Shown here: in pieces, positions 9,134-19,149 of the stretch
How positions within the stretch are numbered: the stretch's first letter is position 1
How the letters are laid out: every line of letters starts with the position of its first letter
Assembly (NCBI GenBank): GCA_036569045.1
Contig: DATCRI010000077.1
Location: 24,916 to 88,915, forward strand
DNA length: 64,000 nucleotides
Reading direction: 5' to 3'
Source: Chthoniobacterales bacterium
GTDB lineage: Bacteria > Verrucomicrobiota > Verrucomicrobiia > Chthoniobacterales > JAATET01
Notes under the pieces: generated by a model
What the model saw: the letters and a program-made list of their open reading frames with translations, nothing else
Told to the model about the DNA's origin: nothing
Databases searched by the model: none
Position numbers and translations under genes: made by a program

Positions 9134-9154
9134 ATCATAAATGCAGCGAATGAT
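9134..9154. promoter_or_regulatory. candidate LysR/MetR operator dyad ATCAT-N11-ATGAT
   Basis: An inverted repeat in the 90-nt metR-metE divergent spacer contains the T-N11-A LysR signature. An adjacent 8-nt palindrome ATGATCAT lies at 9150-9157. Confidence 0.3.
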
Positions 9155-9209
9155 CATCCAAAAAACAACGCGTTAGGCGAATGAACCCCACGGAGGAATA
9201 ATCGCCTCC

Positions 9210-11495
9210 ATGGAATCCCGTCCTCTCGCTCACTCCCTTGGTTATCCCCGCATCGGCGCCGACCGCGAACTGAAGAAAACGACCGAGGCCTTCTGGGCGG
9301 GTCGGCGCGGGGCGAGCGAACTGCTCCAGGTCGGCCGGGAACTGCGTCGCGCAAACTGGCTGGCGCAACGCGACGCCAGCATCGATCTCATCCCGTCTAA
9401 CGACTTCAGCTTCTACGACCAGATTCTCGATCTGAGCTGCTTGCTGGGAAACATTCCCGCCCGCTTCCACTGGGATGGCGGCCCGATCGGCCTGAATCTC
9501 TATTTCCGGATCGCCCGCGGCGCGCGCGCGAATGACGATGCCTGCTGCCCGGCCGCCGCGAGCGAGATGACGAAGTGGTTCGACACGAACTACCACTACA
9601 TCGTCCCGGAATTCGACGCGCGGACGACCTTCCGGCTGAGCGGCGCGAAGCCCTTCGAGGAGTTCGCCGAGGCGCTTGCCCTGGGCATCCGCACGAAGCC
9701 CGTCCTCGTCGGCCCGCTCACCTATCTGCATCTCGGCAAGGCCGCCGGCATCGACAAACTTTCCCTCCTGGAAAGCCTGACCGGCGTCTACGCCGAGATT
9801 CTCCGCCGCCTCGCGGAGCAGGGCGCCGAATGGGTGCAGATCGACGAGCCCATCCTGACACTCGATCTCGAGCCCGCCTGGCGCGACGCCTTCGCCGCCA
9901 CCTACCGCTCCCTGCGCGCTGCAGCGCCATCCCTGAAAATTCTCGTTGCGACGTATTTCGGCGAACTGCGCGACAACCTCCCGCTCGCCGCCGCCCTGCC
10001 GATCGACGCCCTGCACATCGATCTCACGCGCGGCAACGACCTCGACGCCGCGCTCGCCGCGTTGCCTCCCGCCATGGCGCTCTCGCTCGGCGTGGTGGAT
10101 GGCCGCAACATCTGGCGCAACGACCTCGACGCCTCTCGCAAACTCATCGAGCGCGCACGCGCCAGAGGGCGCGACATCCTCCTCGCGCCGTCCTGCTCGC
10201 TGCTCCATGTGCCGGTGACGCTTCGCGCCGAGACGACGCTCGACGAGGAATTCCGCGGATGGCTCGCCTTTGCGGAGGAGAAGCTCGCCGAAGTCGCCGC
10301 GCTCTCCCGCATCGCGACGAGCGAAGGCGATCCCGTCCTCGCCTATCGCAGCCGCGTGGCCATTCAATCGCGCCGGGCCAGCACGCGCATTCACCGGCCG
10401 GCCGTAAAGGCACGCTGCGAGGCCGTCACCGCCGCCGCCACGAAACGCCGCGCGCCCTTTCCGGAGCGACAGGCCGCGCAGCGCGCGAGATTGCAGCTCC
10501 CGCTCTTTCCCACGACGACGATCGGCTCGTTCCCTCAGACGGAGGAAGTCCGCGCCGCCCGGGCGCGCTGGAAAAAAGGCAGCCTGTCGACCGCGGACTA
10601 CGAGAAATTCCTCGAGGGCGAGATTGCCCGCACCGTGCGGGCGCAGGAGGAACTGGACATCGATGTGCTCGTGCACGGCGAATCCGAGCGCAACGACATG
10701 GTCGAGTATTTCGGAGAGCAGCTCGAGGGCTATGCCTTCACGAAGAACGGCTGGGTGCAGAGCTACGGCACGCGCTGCGTGAAACCGCCGATCATCTTCG
10801 GCGACGTATCCCGTCCGCATCCCATGACGGTGCGCTGGTCCCGCTACGCGCAGTCCCTCACCGATCGCCCGATGAAGGCGATGCTCACCGGCCCGATCAC
10901 GATGCTGCAATGGAGCTTCGTGCGCGACGACCAGCCCCGCTCCGCCACCGCCCGGCAGATCGCGCTCGCGCTCCGCGACGAGGTGCTCGATCTCGAAGCG
11001 GCCGGCCTGAGCGTGATCCAGATCGATGAACCAGCACTCCGCGAAGGCCTGCCTTTGCGCCGGGCGGACCGCGCAGCCTACCTTGCCTGGGCGGTGGAGG
11101 CTTTCCGCCTGAGCGCCGCCGGCGTGCGCAACGACACGCAAATCCACACGCACATGTGCTACTGCGAATTCAACGACATCATGGGCCCGATCGCGGCGCT
11201 CGATGCGGATGTGATTTCCATCGAGACTTCGCGGTCGAACATGGAACTGCTCAGCGCATTCACCGACTTCAGATACCCGAACGAAATCGGGCCTGGTGTC
11301 TACGACATCCACTCGCCCCGCGTGCCCGCGACCGGAGAGATGGTCGACCTTCTCCGCAAGGCGTCTGCCGTGCTCCCCCGGGAAAATCTGTGGGTGAATC
11401 CCGACTGCGGACTGAAAACCCGCGGATGGGACGAGACGCTCGCGGCACTCCGCCACATGGTGCAGGCGGCGGCGACTCTTCGCGCCCAGAGCTGA
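9210..11495 (+). CDS. metE: 5-methyltetrahydropteroyltriglutamate-homocysteine S-methyltransferase (cobalamin-independent methionine synthase)
   Basis: 761 aa. Two-domain MetE layout with an unmistakable family sequence ([14 protein letters not shown]..., ...[12 protein letters not shown]..., NPDCGLKTR). Confidence 0.95.
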   Translation: MESRPLAHSLGYPRIGADRELKKTTEAFWAGRRGASELLQVGRELRRANWLAQRDASIDLIPSNDFSFYDQILDLSCLLGNIPARFHWDGGPIGLNLYFRIARGARANDDACCPAAASEMTKWFDTNYHYIVPEFDARTTFRLSGAKPFEEFAEALALGIRTKPVLVGPLTYLHLGKAAGIDKLSLLESLTGVYAEILRRLAEQGAEWVQIDEPILTLDLEPAWRDAFAATYRSLRAAAPSLKILVATYFGELRDNLPLAAALPIDALHIDLTRGNDLDAALAALPPAMALSLGVVDGRNIWRNDLDASRKLIERARARGRDILLAPSCSLLHVPVTLRAETTLDEEFRGWLAFAEEKLAEVAALSRIATSEGDPVLAYRSRVAIQSRRASTRIHRPAVKARCEAVTAAATKRRAPFPERQAAQRARLQLPLFPTTTIGSFPQTEEVRAARARWKKGSLSTADYEKFLEGEIARTVRAQEELDIDVLVHGESERNDMVEYFGEQLEGYAFTKNGWVQSYGTRCVKPPIIFGDVSRPHPMTVRWSRYAQSLTDRPMKAMLTGPITMLQWSFVRDDQPRSATARQIALALRDEVLDLEAAGLSVIQIDEPALREGLPLRRADRAAYLAWAVEAFRLSAAGVRNDTQIHTHMCYCEFNDIMGPIAALDADVISIETSRSNMELLSAFTDFRYPNEIGPGVYDIHSPRVPATGEMVDLLRKASAVLPRENLWVNPDCGLKTRGWDETLAALRHMVQAAATLRAQS

Positions 11496-11508
11496 CTTCC
11501 CCTCGCCA

Positions 11509-11527
11509 CCGGGGGCGTTGCCCCCGG
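11509..11527 (+). terminator. GC-rich hairpin downstream of metE (possible terminator, no U-tract)
   Basis: CCGGGGG-CGTTG-CCCCCGG lies 14 nt after the metE stop. A second weak hairpin AGCGC-CCTC-GCGCT plus CTTTT sits at 11549-11567. Confidence 0.3.
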
Positions 11528-11726
11528 AAAATTCCCGTTTGACAACGAAGCGCCCTCGCGCTCTTTTACGTCAGCGTAGAACTTCACCCCAGTCCGGCAT
11601 CGCTCGGACGGCGCCCGTCGAATTATTCCCAGCGGGCGCAAGTCAGGTTCGACACTCTCACGGCGCATCGGTCCCCGCACAGATTGCGAGCACTCGCGCC
11701 ACCGCAGAATCAGGAATTTATTATTA

Positions 11727-12482
11727 ATGGCCGGCCACAATAAATGGTCGAAGATCAAACGCACCAAGGGTGCTCTGGATGTAAAGCGAGGGAAGATATT
11801 CTCCCGACTTTCCAAGGAAATCACCGTCGCCGTGCGGCTCGGAGGAGGCAATCCCGCCTTTAATCCCCGGCTGCGAGCGGCCATCTCCGCCGCCAGAGCC
11901 GAATCGATGCCAAATGACAACATCGACCGCGCCATCAAGAAAGGCAGCGGCGAGCTCGAGACCACGGCAGTCGAAGAGCTCGTTTACGAAGGCTATGCCC
12001 CCGGCGGCGTCGCTCTCGTGATCGAAACCGCGACCGATAACAAGAATCGCACCGCCGCCGATCTCCGCAACGCGATGTCCAAAAACAACGGCAATCTTGG
12101 CGGCCCCGGCAGCGTTTCCTTCCTGTTTCACCGAAAGGGACAGATGGTCGTGCCCGCCGCGGCCACCGATGAGGATGCCCTGCTCGAAGTCATTCTCGAT
12201 GCCGGCGCTGAGGAGTTGACACGCGAGGAGGATCAGTTTGTGATCACCACGCCGCCGGACCAGTTGTATTCCGTCGCGGAGGCGCTCAAAACCGCCGGCA
12301 TCGAGCCCGCGTCGCCGAAACTCACCTTCATTGCGCAGACCACTGTCGCCGTCACGGACGAGCACACTGCCGCACAAGTTCTCAAGCTGTGCGACGCGCT
12401 CGACGATCTCGATGACGTGATGAACGTCCACGCCAATTTTGACATTCCCGAAACCACGCTCGCGAAACTGCAGGCCGCCTGA
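11727..12482 (+). CDS. yebC: YebC/PmpR family DNA-binding regulator
   Basis: MAGHNKWSKIKRTKGALDVKRGKIF is the canonical YebC N-terminus. 251 aa. Confidence 0.9.
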   Translation: MAGHNKWSKIKRTKGALDVKRGKIFSRLSKEITVAVRLGGGNPAFNPRLRAAISAARAESMPNDNIDRAIKKGSGELETTAVEELVYEGYAPGGVALVIETATDNKNRTAADLRNAMSKNNGNLGGPGSVSFLFHRKGQMVVPAAATDEDALLEVILDAGAEELTREEDQFVITTPPDQLYSVAEALKTAGIEPASPKLTFIAQTTVAVTDEHTAAQVLKLCDALDDLDDVMNVHANFDIPETTLAKLQAA

Positions 12483-12533
12483 CGCCGCCCGAGTTCGCCC
12501 GACGTCCATCCCAGAACCCACTTCAATTTTATC

Positions 12534-13976
12534 ATGACCGAGGAAACCGAAACCCAGTCCCCCGCCACCGGGCAGACCGTGGATGAACCCGCCCGCAAGC
12601 CACAGCGCTCCCGCCGGGGTCGTCCGCCGCGCCGCCAACCCCGGGAGGCCAAGTCCAAAGCCCCGGTCAACGAGACCGCCGAGGCGCCGGAACTGGTTTC
12701 CGCGGAGATCGCGCCCACGCCCGAGCCCGTCGCCACGGAAAATGCCGTGGTCGCCCAGAACACAGCCCCCGAGTCCGTGACGGAGCCTTTCGCCGACGGT
12801 GCGCCGCAGGCCGCCGCTCCGGCCCCGACTCCTGCTCCCGAGCCGCCCCGCCAGGCCCCGCAACCGCCGCCTCCGCCGGTTTACGCCGAAGGCATCGTGG
12901 AAGTCTCCGGCAAGGGCTTTGGCTTCCTTCGCGAGCCCAAGCGCAATTTCACCCAGTCGAACAACGACGTCTTCGTCACGCCCGAGGTCATCCGGAAGCA
13001 CAACCTCCGCGACGGCATGTGGATCAAGGGTGAGACCCGGCGCGGCCCGCGCGGCCCGCAGCTCTTCAAGTGCACGGAACTCGAGCACGAAGATCCCGCG
13101 AACTTCAGCACGTTCCCCGTCTTCGAGGAACTTACGACGGTCAGCCCCGACAAGCGCATCCAGCTCGAGACCGAGCCCACGCTCTATACGACGCGCGTGA
13201 TCGACCTCGTCGCGCCCATCGGGCGCGGCACCCGCGGCCTCATCGTCGCGCCGCCCCGCACGGGCAAGACCACGCTGCTTCAGCACATCGCCGCCGCGGT
13301 AGTGAAGAACTATCCAGAGATCAAGCTCATCATCCTGCTCGTCGACGAGCGGCCCGAGGAGGTCACCGAGATTCGGCGCACCGTTCCCACGGCCGAGATC
13401 ATGGCCAGCTCGAACGACAGCGACACGAAGACGCACACCCGCATCTCCCAGCTCGCCATCGAGCGCGCCAAGCGCCTCGTCGAAATGGGCAAGGACGTCT
13501 TCGTTCTCATGGACTCGCTCACCCGCATGGGCCGCGCGTTCAACAACGCCCAGGGCGGCGGCGGCCGCACGATGAGCGGCGGCGTCGATTCCCGCGCACT
13601 GGAAATTCCGCGCAAACTTTTCGCCGCGGCTCGCAACACCGAGGAGGCCGGCTCGCTCACGATCGTGGCGACCGCGCTCATCGAGACGAACAGCCGCATG
13701 GACGATCTCATCTTCCAGGAGTTCAAGGGCACGGGCAACATGGAGCTCGTTCTCGGCCGCCTGATCGCCGAGCAGCGCATCTATCCGGCGGTGGACATTT
13801 TCCAGTCCGGCACGCGCCGCGAGGAGCTGCTCCTGCCGCCCGACGACCTTCACAAGATCAACGTCATCCGCCGAGGCCTCGCTGGCCACAAGCCGATCGA
13901 AGCCATGGAGCGCCTGCTCTTCTTCATCCGGAAATACCCGACGAACGCGGAAATGCTCAAGGGCATCCCGGGCTAG
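12534..13976 (+). CDS. rho: transcription termination factor Rho with a low-complexity N-terminal extension
   Basis: CSD-like GKGFGFLRE, Walker A PPRTGKTTLL, and LVDERPEEV. 480 aa, of which the first ~116 residues are P/A/E/R-rich. Confidence 0.95.
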   Translation: MTEETETQSPATGQTVDEPARKPQRSRRGRPPRRQPREAKSKAPVNETAEAPELVSAEIAPTPEPVATENAVVAQNTAPESVTEPFADGAPQAAAPAPTPAPEPPRQAPQPPPPPVYAEGIVEVSGKGFGFLREPKRNFTQSNNDVFVTPEVIRKHNLRDGMWIKGETRRGPRGPQLFKCTELEHEDPANFSTFPVFEELTTVSPDKRIQLETEPTLYTTRVIDLVAPIGRGTRGLIVAPPRTGKTTLLQHIAAAVVKNYPEIKLIILLVDERPEEVTEIRRTVPTAEIMASSNDSDTKTHTRISQLAIERAKRLVEMGKDVFVLMDSLTRMGRAFNNAQGGGGRTMSGGVDSRALEIPRKLFAAARNTEEAGSLTIVATALIETNSRMDDLIFQEFKGTGNMELVLGRLIAEQRIYPAVDIFQSGTRREELLLPPDDLHKINVIRRGLAGHKPIEAMERLLFFIRKYPTNAEMLKGIPG

Positions 13977-14000
13977 GCACGGAGGAGATCGAAGATTCGG

Positions 14001-14040
14001 AACGCGGAGATGGGTTCGCCCGTTTCCGCGTTTTGCTTTT
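14001..14040 (+). terminator. intrinsic terminator after rho
   Basis: Stem AACGCGGA / TCCGCGTT with an inner GGG-TTCG-CCC, followed by TTGCTTTT. It starts 25 nt after the rho stop. Confidence 0.6.
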
Positions 14041-14051
14041 CGAGCCCGCGA

Positions 14052-14585
14052 TCAGAACCCGCGATAATGGTAGCTGAGCATGCGGAAGGTGTCCGAGCCC
14101 TTCTCGGCAGTGTAAAGAATCAGCCGCAGCGACGTATACGATTGCGTCCACTGGTAGCCAACGATCGTCTGCACGACGTCGCCCTCCTTCGAGGTCTGCC
14201 GCGCAATGTTGCGACTGGAGCCGTATTTGCGATCCAGATTCCGGCGCGTCTGCTCGAAGATGGAATTGAATTTCTCGCCGTCCCAGGAGTTGTCGCTGTA
14301 TTCGAGTTCCACCTCGACGAGAGAATCGCTGTCGAAGGTGAATAGCGAGCGCTTGAGCCGCGGGTCGGGATGCCCCTCGACGATCAGCACCTTGCGGCCG
14401 TTCAACACCTTGCGATCGACCACTCGGGCCTGCGCCCGCTCGATCGTATTCTCGACGAGCTGAGCGCCGTCACCCCAGCGGAAGTTGAAGGGCACCTTGA
14501 TCTCCTCGGCCGCCCGGACGGAACCCATCGGCGCGCAGAATCCGGCAAGCGCGGCGAGAAGCAGAAATCGGCGGAAGGTCGTCAT
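14052..14585 (-). CDS. secreted hypothetical protein
   Basis: Start chosen at MTTFRRFLLLAALAGFCAPMGSVRAAEE (signal peptide). The upstream part of the track ORF is Arg-rich and looks non-coding. Confidence 0.55.
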   Translation of the reverse strand: MTTFRRFLLLAALAGFCAPMGSVRAAEEIKVPFNFRWGDGAQLVENTIERAQARVVDRKVLNGRKVLIVEGHPDPRLKRSLFTFDSDSLVEVELEYSDNSWDGEKFNSIFEQTRRNLDRKYGSSRNIARQTSKEGDVVQTIVGYQWTQSYTSLRLILYTAEKGSDTFRMLSYHYRGF

Positions 14586-14631
14586 CAGGAGAGCAGCATT
14601 CGATAGCACAAAAAGCGGAGCGCGCACGCGC

Positions 14632-15810
14632 TCATTGCGCCGGCGCCGCGAGCAGGAACGTCCCCGCATCGAACGCCGCGATCTGGTCGAGACCCGTGAT
14701 CGCAAACTCCTCCACCACGATCCCGTCGCCCTGGTAGAGCACAACTTTCGAATCGGTCGCCGTTCCCAGCGCGAAGCGGTCCCAGTTTCCGTCGCTGGAA
14801 ATCTCGAAAAGTTTCAGGCCGGTCGACGTCACCAGGGCGGTGCCGGGATGCGTCGCGGCCGGGGAAAGCTCCAGCCGAACTCTCTTGCCGGGCTCGAGCG
14901 AATTCTCCGCGAGCGTGACCGCGAACGTATTCTCCGGCTTCGCGGTTCCAACATCGGCAACCAGCCTGCCCTCGACGACCCCGAAATTCGCGCAGGGCTG
15001 GAGCGTGCGCTCGAACGCGACCTCCCAGTCCGCAACGACCTTGCCATCCTTTTGCTCGGCCTTGTCGCCGCGAACGAGCAACCGCACCCGCTCGACGCCA
15101 CCGGGCGCGCTCTCGAGCAGGAGGATCTGATTGTCACCCTCTGCGGCGAGCACCGCCTCCGGCTGCGGCTCATCCTTCGGCACACGCAACGCCCGCTCGG
15201 ATTCCTCTTCCTTGCCGAGCTGAACGACGACTTTCTGCCCTTCGTCATCGACAATCACCCAGCGCGCCTTTTCGTCCGCGAACGCCGGCGGCTCGGTCGT
15301 CTGGTCGAGGGCCCCGTCGGGGCGAATCTTCCCGAAAACGGCGCCGGCGGCCGTCGTCAGCTCGACGCCCAGCGCATCCGGCCAACGACGGAGTTTCACG
15401 CCGGTGGCGGGAATCTTGTCCTGGGCGACCCAGTCGTTGAAATGAAACGCCTCGCCGGAGACATCGACTCGCTGCCCCACGACATAGCCACGCGCGGCGT
15501 AACGTCCGCCGGGGCAGGGTTTCCCCGACTCGTCGAGGCCATCCCAGCTCGCGATGTAGCCATTCGTATCGACCTGCAGATCGGGATCGCCCCACTCGTA
15601 GGGCAGCGTGCGCACGAGTTTTCCCTGCGCATCGAAAATCCCGAGCACGATCGAGCCCATGAGATCGGGCGGCGTGAACGTGATCGCGATTGGCGGGGCG
15701 GCCACCTTCTCCGCAGGGACGACTTCCTCCTCCTGCGCCCAGAGCGGCGCGGCCACGAGAGCGAGAAAAAGACCGAACCGCGAAAGGGTGTCTATGCGTA
15801 GTAGCGCCAT
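14632..15810 (-). CDS. secreted hypothetical protein
   Basis: Start chosen at MALLRIDTLSRFGLFLALVAAPLWAQ (signal peptide). A beta-rich segment is reminiscent of FlgD-Ig-like domains (GIFDAQGKLVRTL). Its 5' end overlaps the GH57 gene end by 19 nt. Confidence 0.55.
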   Translation of the reverse strand: MALLRIDTLSRFGLFLALVAAPLWAQEEEVVPAEKVAAPPIAITFTPPDLMGSIVLGIFDAQGKLVRTLPYEWGDPDLQVDTNGYIASWDGLDESGKPCPGGRYAARGYVVGQRVDVSGEAFHFNDWVAQDKIPATGVKLRRWPDALGVELTTAAGAVFGKIRPDGALDQTTEPPAFADEKARWVIVDDEGQKVVVQLGKEEESERALRVPKDEPQPEAVLAAEGDNQILLLESAPGGVERVRLLVRGDKAEQKDGKVVADWEVAFERTLQPCANFGVVEGRLVADVGTAKPENTFAVTLAENSLEPGKRVRLELSPAATHPGTALVTSTGLKLFEISSDGNWDRFALGTATDSKVVLYQGDGIVVEEFAITGLDQIAAFDAGTFLLAAPAQ

Positions 15811-17372
15811 TGGATGTCCGCAAAGAGACTGTCGCGGGACTCGCAAAATTCAACGAATTCCTCGTCCCCCTCGCCGGCGACGAGCTTTTCATAAAGCCGG
15901 GTGAATCGCAGGAGGTGCTCCTTCGTGCGCTGGGTGGCGTATTCGCGGGCGGTGCCGGTCTTCATGAGGAAGGCCCAATCGCTCGACTGCGCGAGCAGGA
16001 GTTCGCGCGCCATCTGTCGCAGGATGCGCTCGACCATCGGCGCGGGATTCACCGCAAAAAGCCGGGCGCACTCCGACATGCGGCGGGCGGCGGCGTGCAG
16101 GTGCGGATAGATCCACGAGTTGCACTGATCGAGCCAGACCTCCCAGTAGCCCTTGTTGCCCCAGCTCGAGGCGGACGGGGTCACGATCTGCTGCGTCGGG
16201 TGACGCCGCAGATAATCGCTCGGCGAGACCAATTGGAACGTCGACTGGTCGAAAGCCGCCTTGCGCAGGAAAAGATTCAGAAACTCCGGCCCCTCGAACC
16301 ACCAATGGCCGAAGAGCTCCGCGTCGAACGGGCTCATCACAATCGGCTCGACGGGCAGCACCCCGCTGAGGTGCTCGATCTGCTTCACGCGACTGTCGAG
16401 GAAATGCCCCGCGTGAGAATCCGCCGCGGCGGCGGCCCAGCCGAGGTTGTAGAGTTCCTTCTCTTTCCCCTGCCCGGTGATGCGGTGGTATTTCACACCC
16501 GTGTAGCGACGGTGATCCGTCGGCATGAATTTCCCGAGATAATCGAGCGGCAGATCCTGTCCGATATCGCGGTAAAAATCACGATAGGCAGAATCGCCGG
16601 GGTAGCCTTCGCGCTGACTCCAGACCTGCCGGCTGGAATCCCGATCGCGGCCAAAGACCGCCGGCCCCGCGGGCGTGAAATACGGCGCGTAGATCGCAAA
16701 ACGCGGCTTCGGCTGGCCAAACATCAGGCCGTGGGCGTCCACGACGAACCACCGAATGTTCGCCTCCTGGAGGATGCGGCCGACGGCGGGCACATAGGCG
16801 CATTCCGGCAGCCAGATGCCGGCCGGCTGGCGGCCGAAGCACTCCACGTAGGAGTCGCGCCCGATGAGAACCTGCGCGCGCATCGCCTCGGGGTATTCCT
16901 CCATGAGGGGAAGGAAACCGTGAGTGGCCGCACAGGTGATGATCTCGACGACGCCGTCCTTCTGCAGCTGGGCAAACGCGCCGACGATATCGCGATTGAG
17001 GTCTTTCGTGTAGAACGACAGCGCCTCGGAAAACCGCCGGAGGTAAAAACGCGCGAGGTCGTTCTGCGCCGCATCCGCCTCCGTTCGCACGACCTCTGCC
17101 TCGGAAAGCGCAACGCCGCGGGCGAGGTAGCGCTCCGCGCGGCTTTGCAGCAGCGGATCCCGCAGCATTTCGCAGAGCGACGGCGTCATCGTGAACGTCA
17201 GCCGCGTCGGCACACGCTCGGCGACGAGCTGCCGCAGCATCCGCAGCAACGGGATGTAGGTTTCCGCGATCGCCTCGTAGAGCCAGTCTTCCTCCAGGAA
17301 GTCTTCATGCTCCGGATGGCGGACGAACGGCAAGTGAGCGTGAAGAATGAGAGCCAGGGAACCTTTCGACAT
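15792..17372 (-). CDS. glycoside hydrolase family 57 (alpha-glucan branching enzyme type)
   Basis: N-terminus LALILHAHLPFVRHPEHEDFLEEDWLYEA is typical of GH57 branching enzymes. 526 aa. Confidence 0.85.
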   Translation of the reverse strand: MSKGSLALILHAHLPFVRHPEHEDFLEEDWLYEAIAETYIPLLRMLRQLVAERVPTRLTFTMTPSLCEMLRDPLLQSRAERYLARGVALSEAEVVRTEADAAQNDLARFYLRRFSEALSFYTKDLNRDIVGAFAQLQKDGVVEIITCAATHGFLPLMEEYPEAMRAQVLIGRDSYVECFGRQPAGIWLPECAYVPAVGRILQEANIRWFVVDAHGLMFGQPKPRFAIYAPYFTPAGPAVFGRDRDSSRQVWSQREGYPGDSAYRDFYRDIGQDLPLDYLGKFMPTDHRRYTGVKYHRITGQGKEKELYNLGWAAAAADSHAGHFLDSRVKQIEHLSGVLPVEPIVMSPFDAELFGHWWFEGPEFLNLFLRKAAFDQSTFQLVSPSDYLRRHPTQQIVTPSASSWGNKGYWEVWLDQCNSWIYPHLHAAARRMSECARLFAVNPAPMVERILRQMARELLLAQSSDWAFLMKTGTAREYATQRTKEHLLRFTRLYEKLVAGEGDEEFVEFCESRDSLFADIQWRYYA

Positions 17373-17470
17373 CAGGAGAGTCCCAAAAATAGGCCGCCCA
17401 CTCCGCAGGCGCCAGCAAGATTGAGTTGCCCGCCCGCAAAAGCCGCCGTTACGTTCCCTATCCCGTCGTC

Positions 17471-18139
17471 ATGCTCCGCCGCATCCTCTTCAGCCTGATT
17501 TTCGCCACCTCGGCCCTCGCCGCGGATGTTCCTGGCGACAAGGACCGGCAGGCCGCGTTCGAGCGCCTGAGCAACGAAGCCCTCGCGACGAAGCTGATCG
17601 ACCAGGCCGCCGCGGACATCAAGGTCGGCCATTACGAGGCGGCCTTGAAGAAGTCCGAAGCCGCCGAGGCGATCCGCCCCAACGACCCGGCGATTCTCAA
17701 TACGAAGGGCGCCGCGCTCCTGGAACTGAAGCGCTTTTCCGAAGCCGGGAAGGCCTTCGATGTGGCGACGGAACTCGACCCGAACGCCTTCGCTCCGCAA
17801 TTCAACAAGGGCGAAATGTTCACTTCCCAAAAAAAATACTCCGACGCCGCGGTGCAGTTTGCCGTGCTGAGATCCCGTTTCGGCGACCTCCCGCTCCTCA
17901 AATACGAGATCTACCTCTGCTACGCGCTTCAGGGGCAGAAAGACCTCGCGGAGGATGCCCTGCTCGCGATGCGCTACCCCGCCGACGGCGCAGCCTGGTA
18001 TTACGCTCACGCCGTGGACCAGATTCAGTCCGGCAACAGGAAAGAAGGGCGCCGGCTGATCTCCGCCGCCGAGGCCATCCACTCCGACGATCTCGAAAAC
18101 TATCGCGACAGCCTGCGCGACGCCGGCCTGCTCCCGTAA
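17471..18139 (+). CDS. TPR-repeat protein with signal peptide
   Basis: MLRRILFSLIFATSALAADV followed by TPR-like A..Y..A spacing. Confidence 0.7.
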   Translation: MLRRILFSLIFATSALAADVPGDKDRQAAFERLSNEALATKLIDQAAADIKVGHYEAALKKSEAAEAIRPNDPAILNTKGAALLELKRFSEAGKAFDVATELDPNAFAPQFNKGEMFTSQKKYSDAAVQFAVLRSRFGDLPLLKYEIYLCYALQGQKDLAEDALLAMRYPADGAAWYYAHAVDQIQSGNRKEGRRLISAAEAIHSDDLENYRDSLRDAGLLP

Positions 18140-18147
18140 AAATTTCC

Positions 18148-19149
18148 ATGCCATCCAAGAAGAAGAAAAAACGCGTGCTCGTGACCGGTGCCGCCGGGTT
18201 CATCGGCAGCGCACTCGTCCACGCCCTCAATCAGCGCGGCCAGGAAAACATTCTCGTCACCGACATCCTCGGGACCGACGAGAAATGGCGAAACCTGAAC
18301 GCCCTCCGCTTCGACGATTACCTCCAGTCCGACGAATTGCTCGAGGCCGTCACTTTCGAAACGCTCGGCCCGATCGACACGATCTTCCATCTCGGCGCCT
18401 GCTCCGCGACCACCGAGAAGGATGGCGATTACCTCATCGAGAATAACTACCGCTACACCCAGCGCCTGGCGGAATGGGCTCTCGCGAACGGCGCGCGCTT
18501 CGTCTACGCCTCCTCCGCCGCCACCTACGGCGACGGCGCCCAGGGCATGGACGACCGCGATCCGCAGCTCTCGCGCCTGCGTCCACTCAATCTTTACGGC
18601 TACTCGAAGCACCTCTTCGACCTGCACGCGCAACGTCGCGGCTATCTCGACGACATCGTCGGCATCAAGTATTTCAACGTCTACGGGCCGAACGAGTGGC
18701 ACAAGGGCGAGATGCGCAGCCTCGTCTGCAAGGCCTACCAGCAGATCGTCGAGACCGGGAAGATCCGTCTTTTCAAGAGCTACAAACCGGAATACCGCGA
18801 CGGCGAGCAGATGCGCGACTTCGTCTACGTGAAGGACGCCGTTGCGATGACCCTCCATCTCGCCGAGTCGAAAAAGGCGGGCGGGCTCTACAACGTCGGC
18901 TCCGGCGTCGCCCGCACGTGGGTGGACCTCGGTCGCGCCATCTTCACCGCGCTCGGCCGCGAGCCGAATATCGAGTTCATCGAAATGCCCGAGAGCATTC
19001 GCGAGCAATACCAGTATTACACCTGCGCCGACGTCTCGAAGGTGCGCGACACCGGTTACGATGCCGAGACGGCCTCGCTCGAGGACGCGGTGCACGACTA
19101 CGTCACGAATTACCTCGTCCCCAACCGCCACCTCGGCGACGAAGCCTGA
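18148..19149 (+). CDS. hldD: ADP-L-glycero-D-manno-heptose 6-epimerase
   Basis: [15 protein letters not shown] Rossmann motif, YGYSK catalytic motif, and family-typical length and sequence. Confidence 0.85.
   Translation: MPSKKKKKRVLVTGAAGFIGSALVHALNQRGQENILVTDILGTDEKWRNLNALRFDDYLQSDELLEAVTFETLGPIDTIFHLGACSATTEKDGDYLIENNYRYTQRLAEWALANGARFVYASSAATYGDGAQGMDDRDPQLSRLRPLNLYGYSKHLFDLHAQRRGYLDDIVGIKYFNVYGPNEWHKGEMRSLVCKAYQQIVETGKIRLFKSYKPEYRDGEQMRDFVYVKDAVAMTLHLAESKKAGGLYNVGSGVARTWVDLGRAIFTALGREPNIEFIEMPESIREQYQYYTCADVSKVRDTGYDAETASLEDAVHDYVTNYLVPNRHLGDEA

Noticed and set aside
9120-9209. Cobalamin riboswitch upstream of metE
   Set aside because: Only 90 nt separate metR and metE, which is too short for a B12 element. 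I see no B12-box-like core. MetR-type control fits better.
9135-11456. 773-aa minus-strand ORF
   Set aside because: Antisense to metE, whose identity is unambiguous. It is a shadow frame with no motifs.
11646-11652. GGTTCGA, a tRNA T-loop-like heptamer, in the metE-yebC spacer
   Set aside because: The flanking sequence cannot be folded into an acceptor stem and T-arm or a cloverleaf. No tRNA is supported anywhere in the window.
11724-13889. 721-aa minus-strand ORF
   Set aside because: Antisense to yebC and rho. It is a shadow frame.
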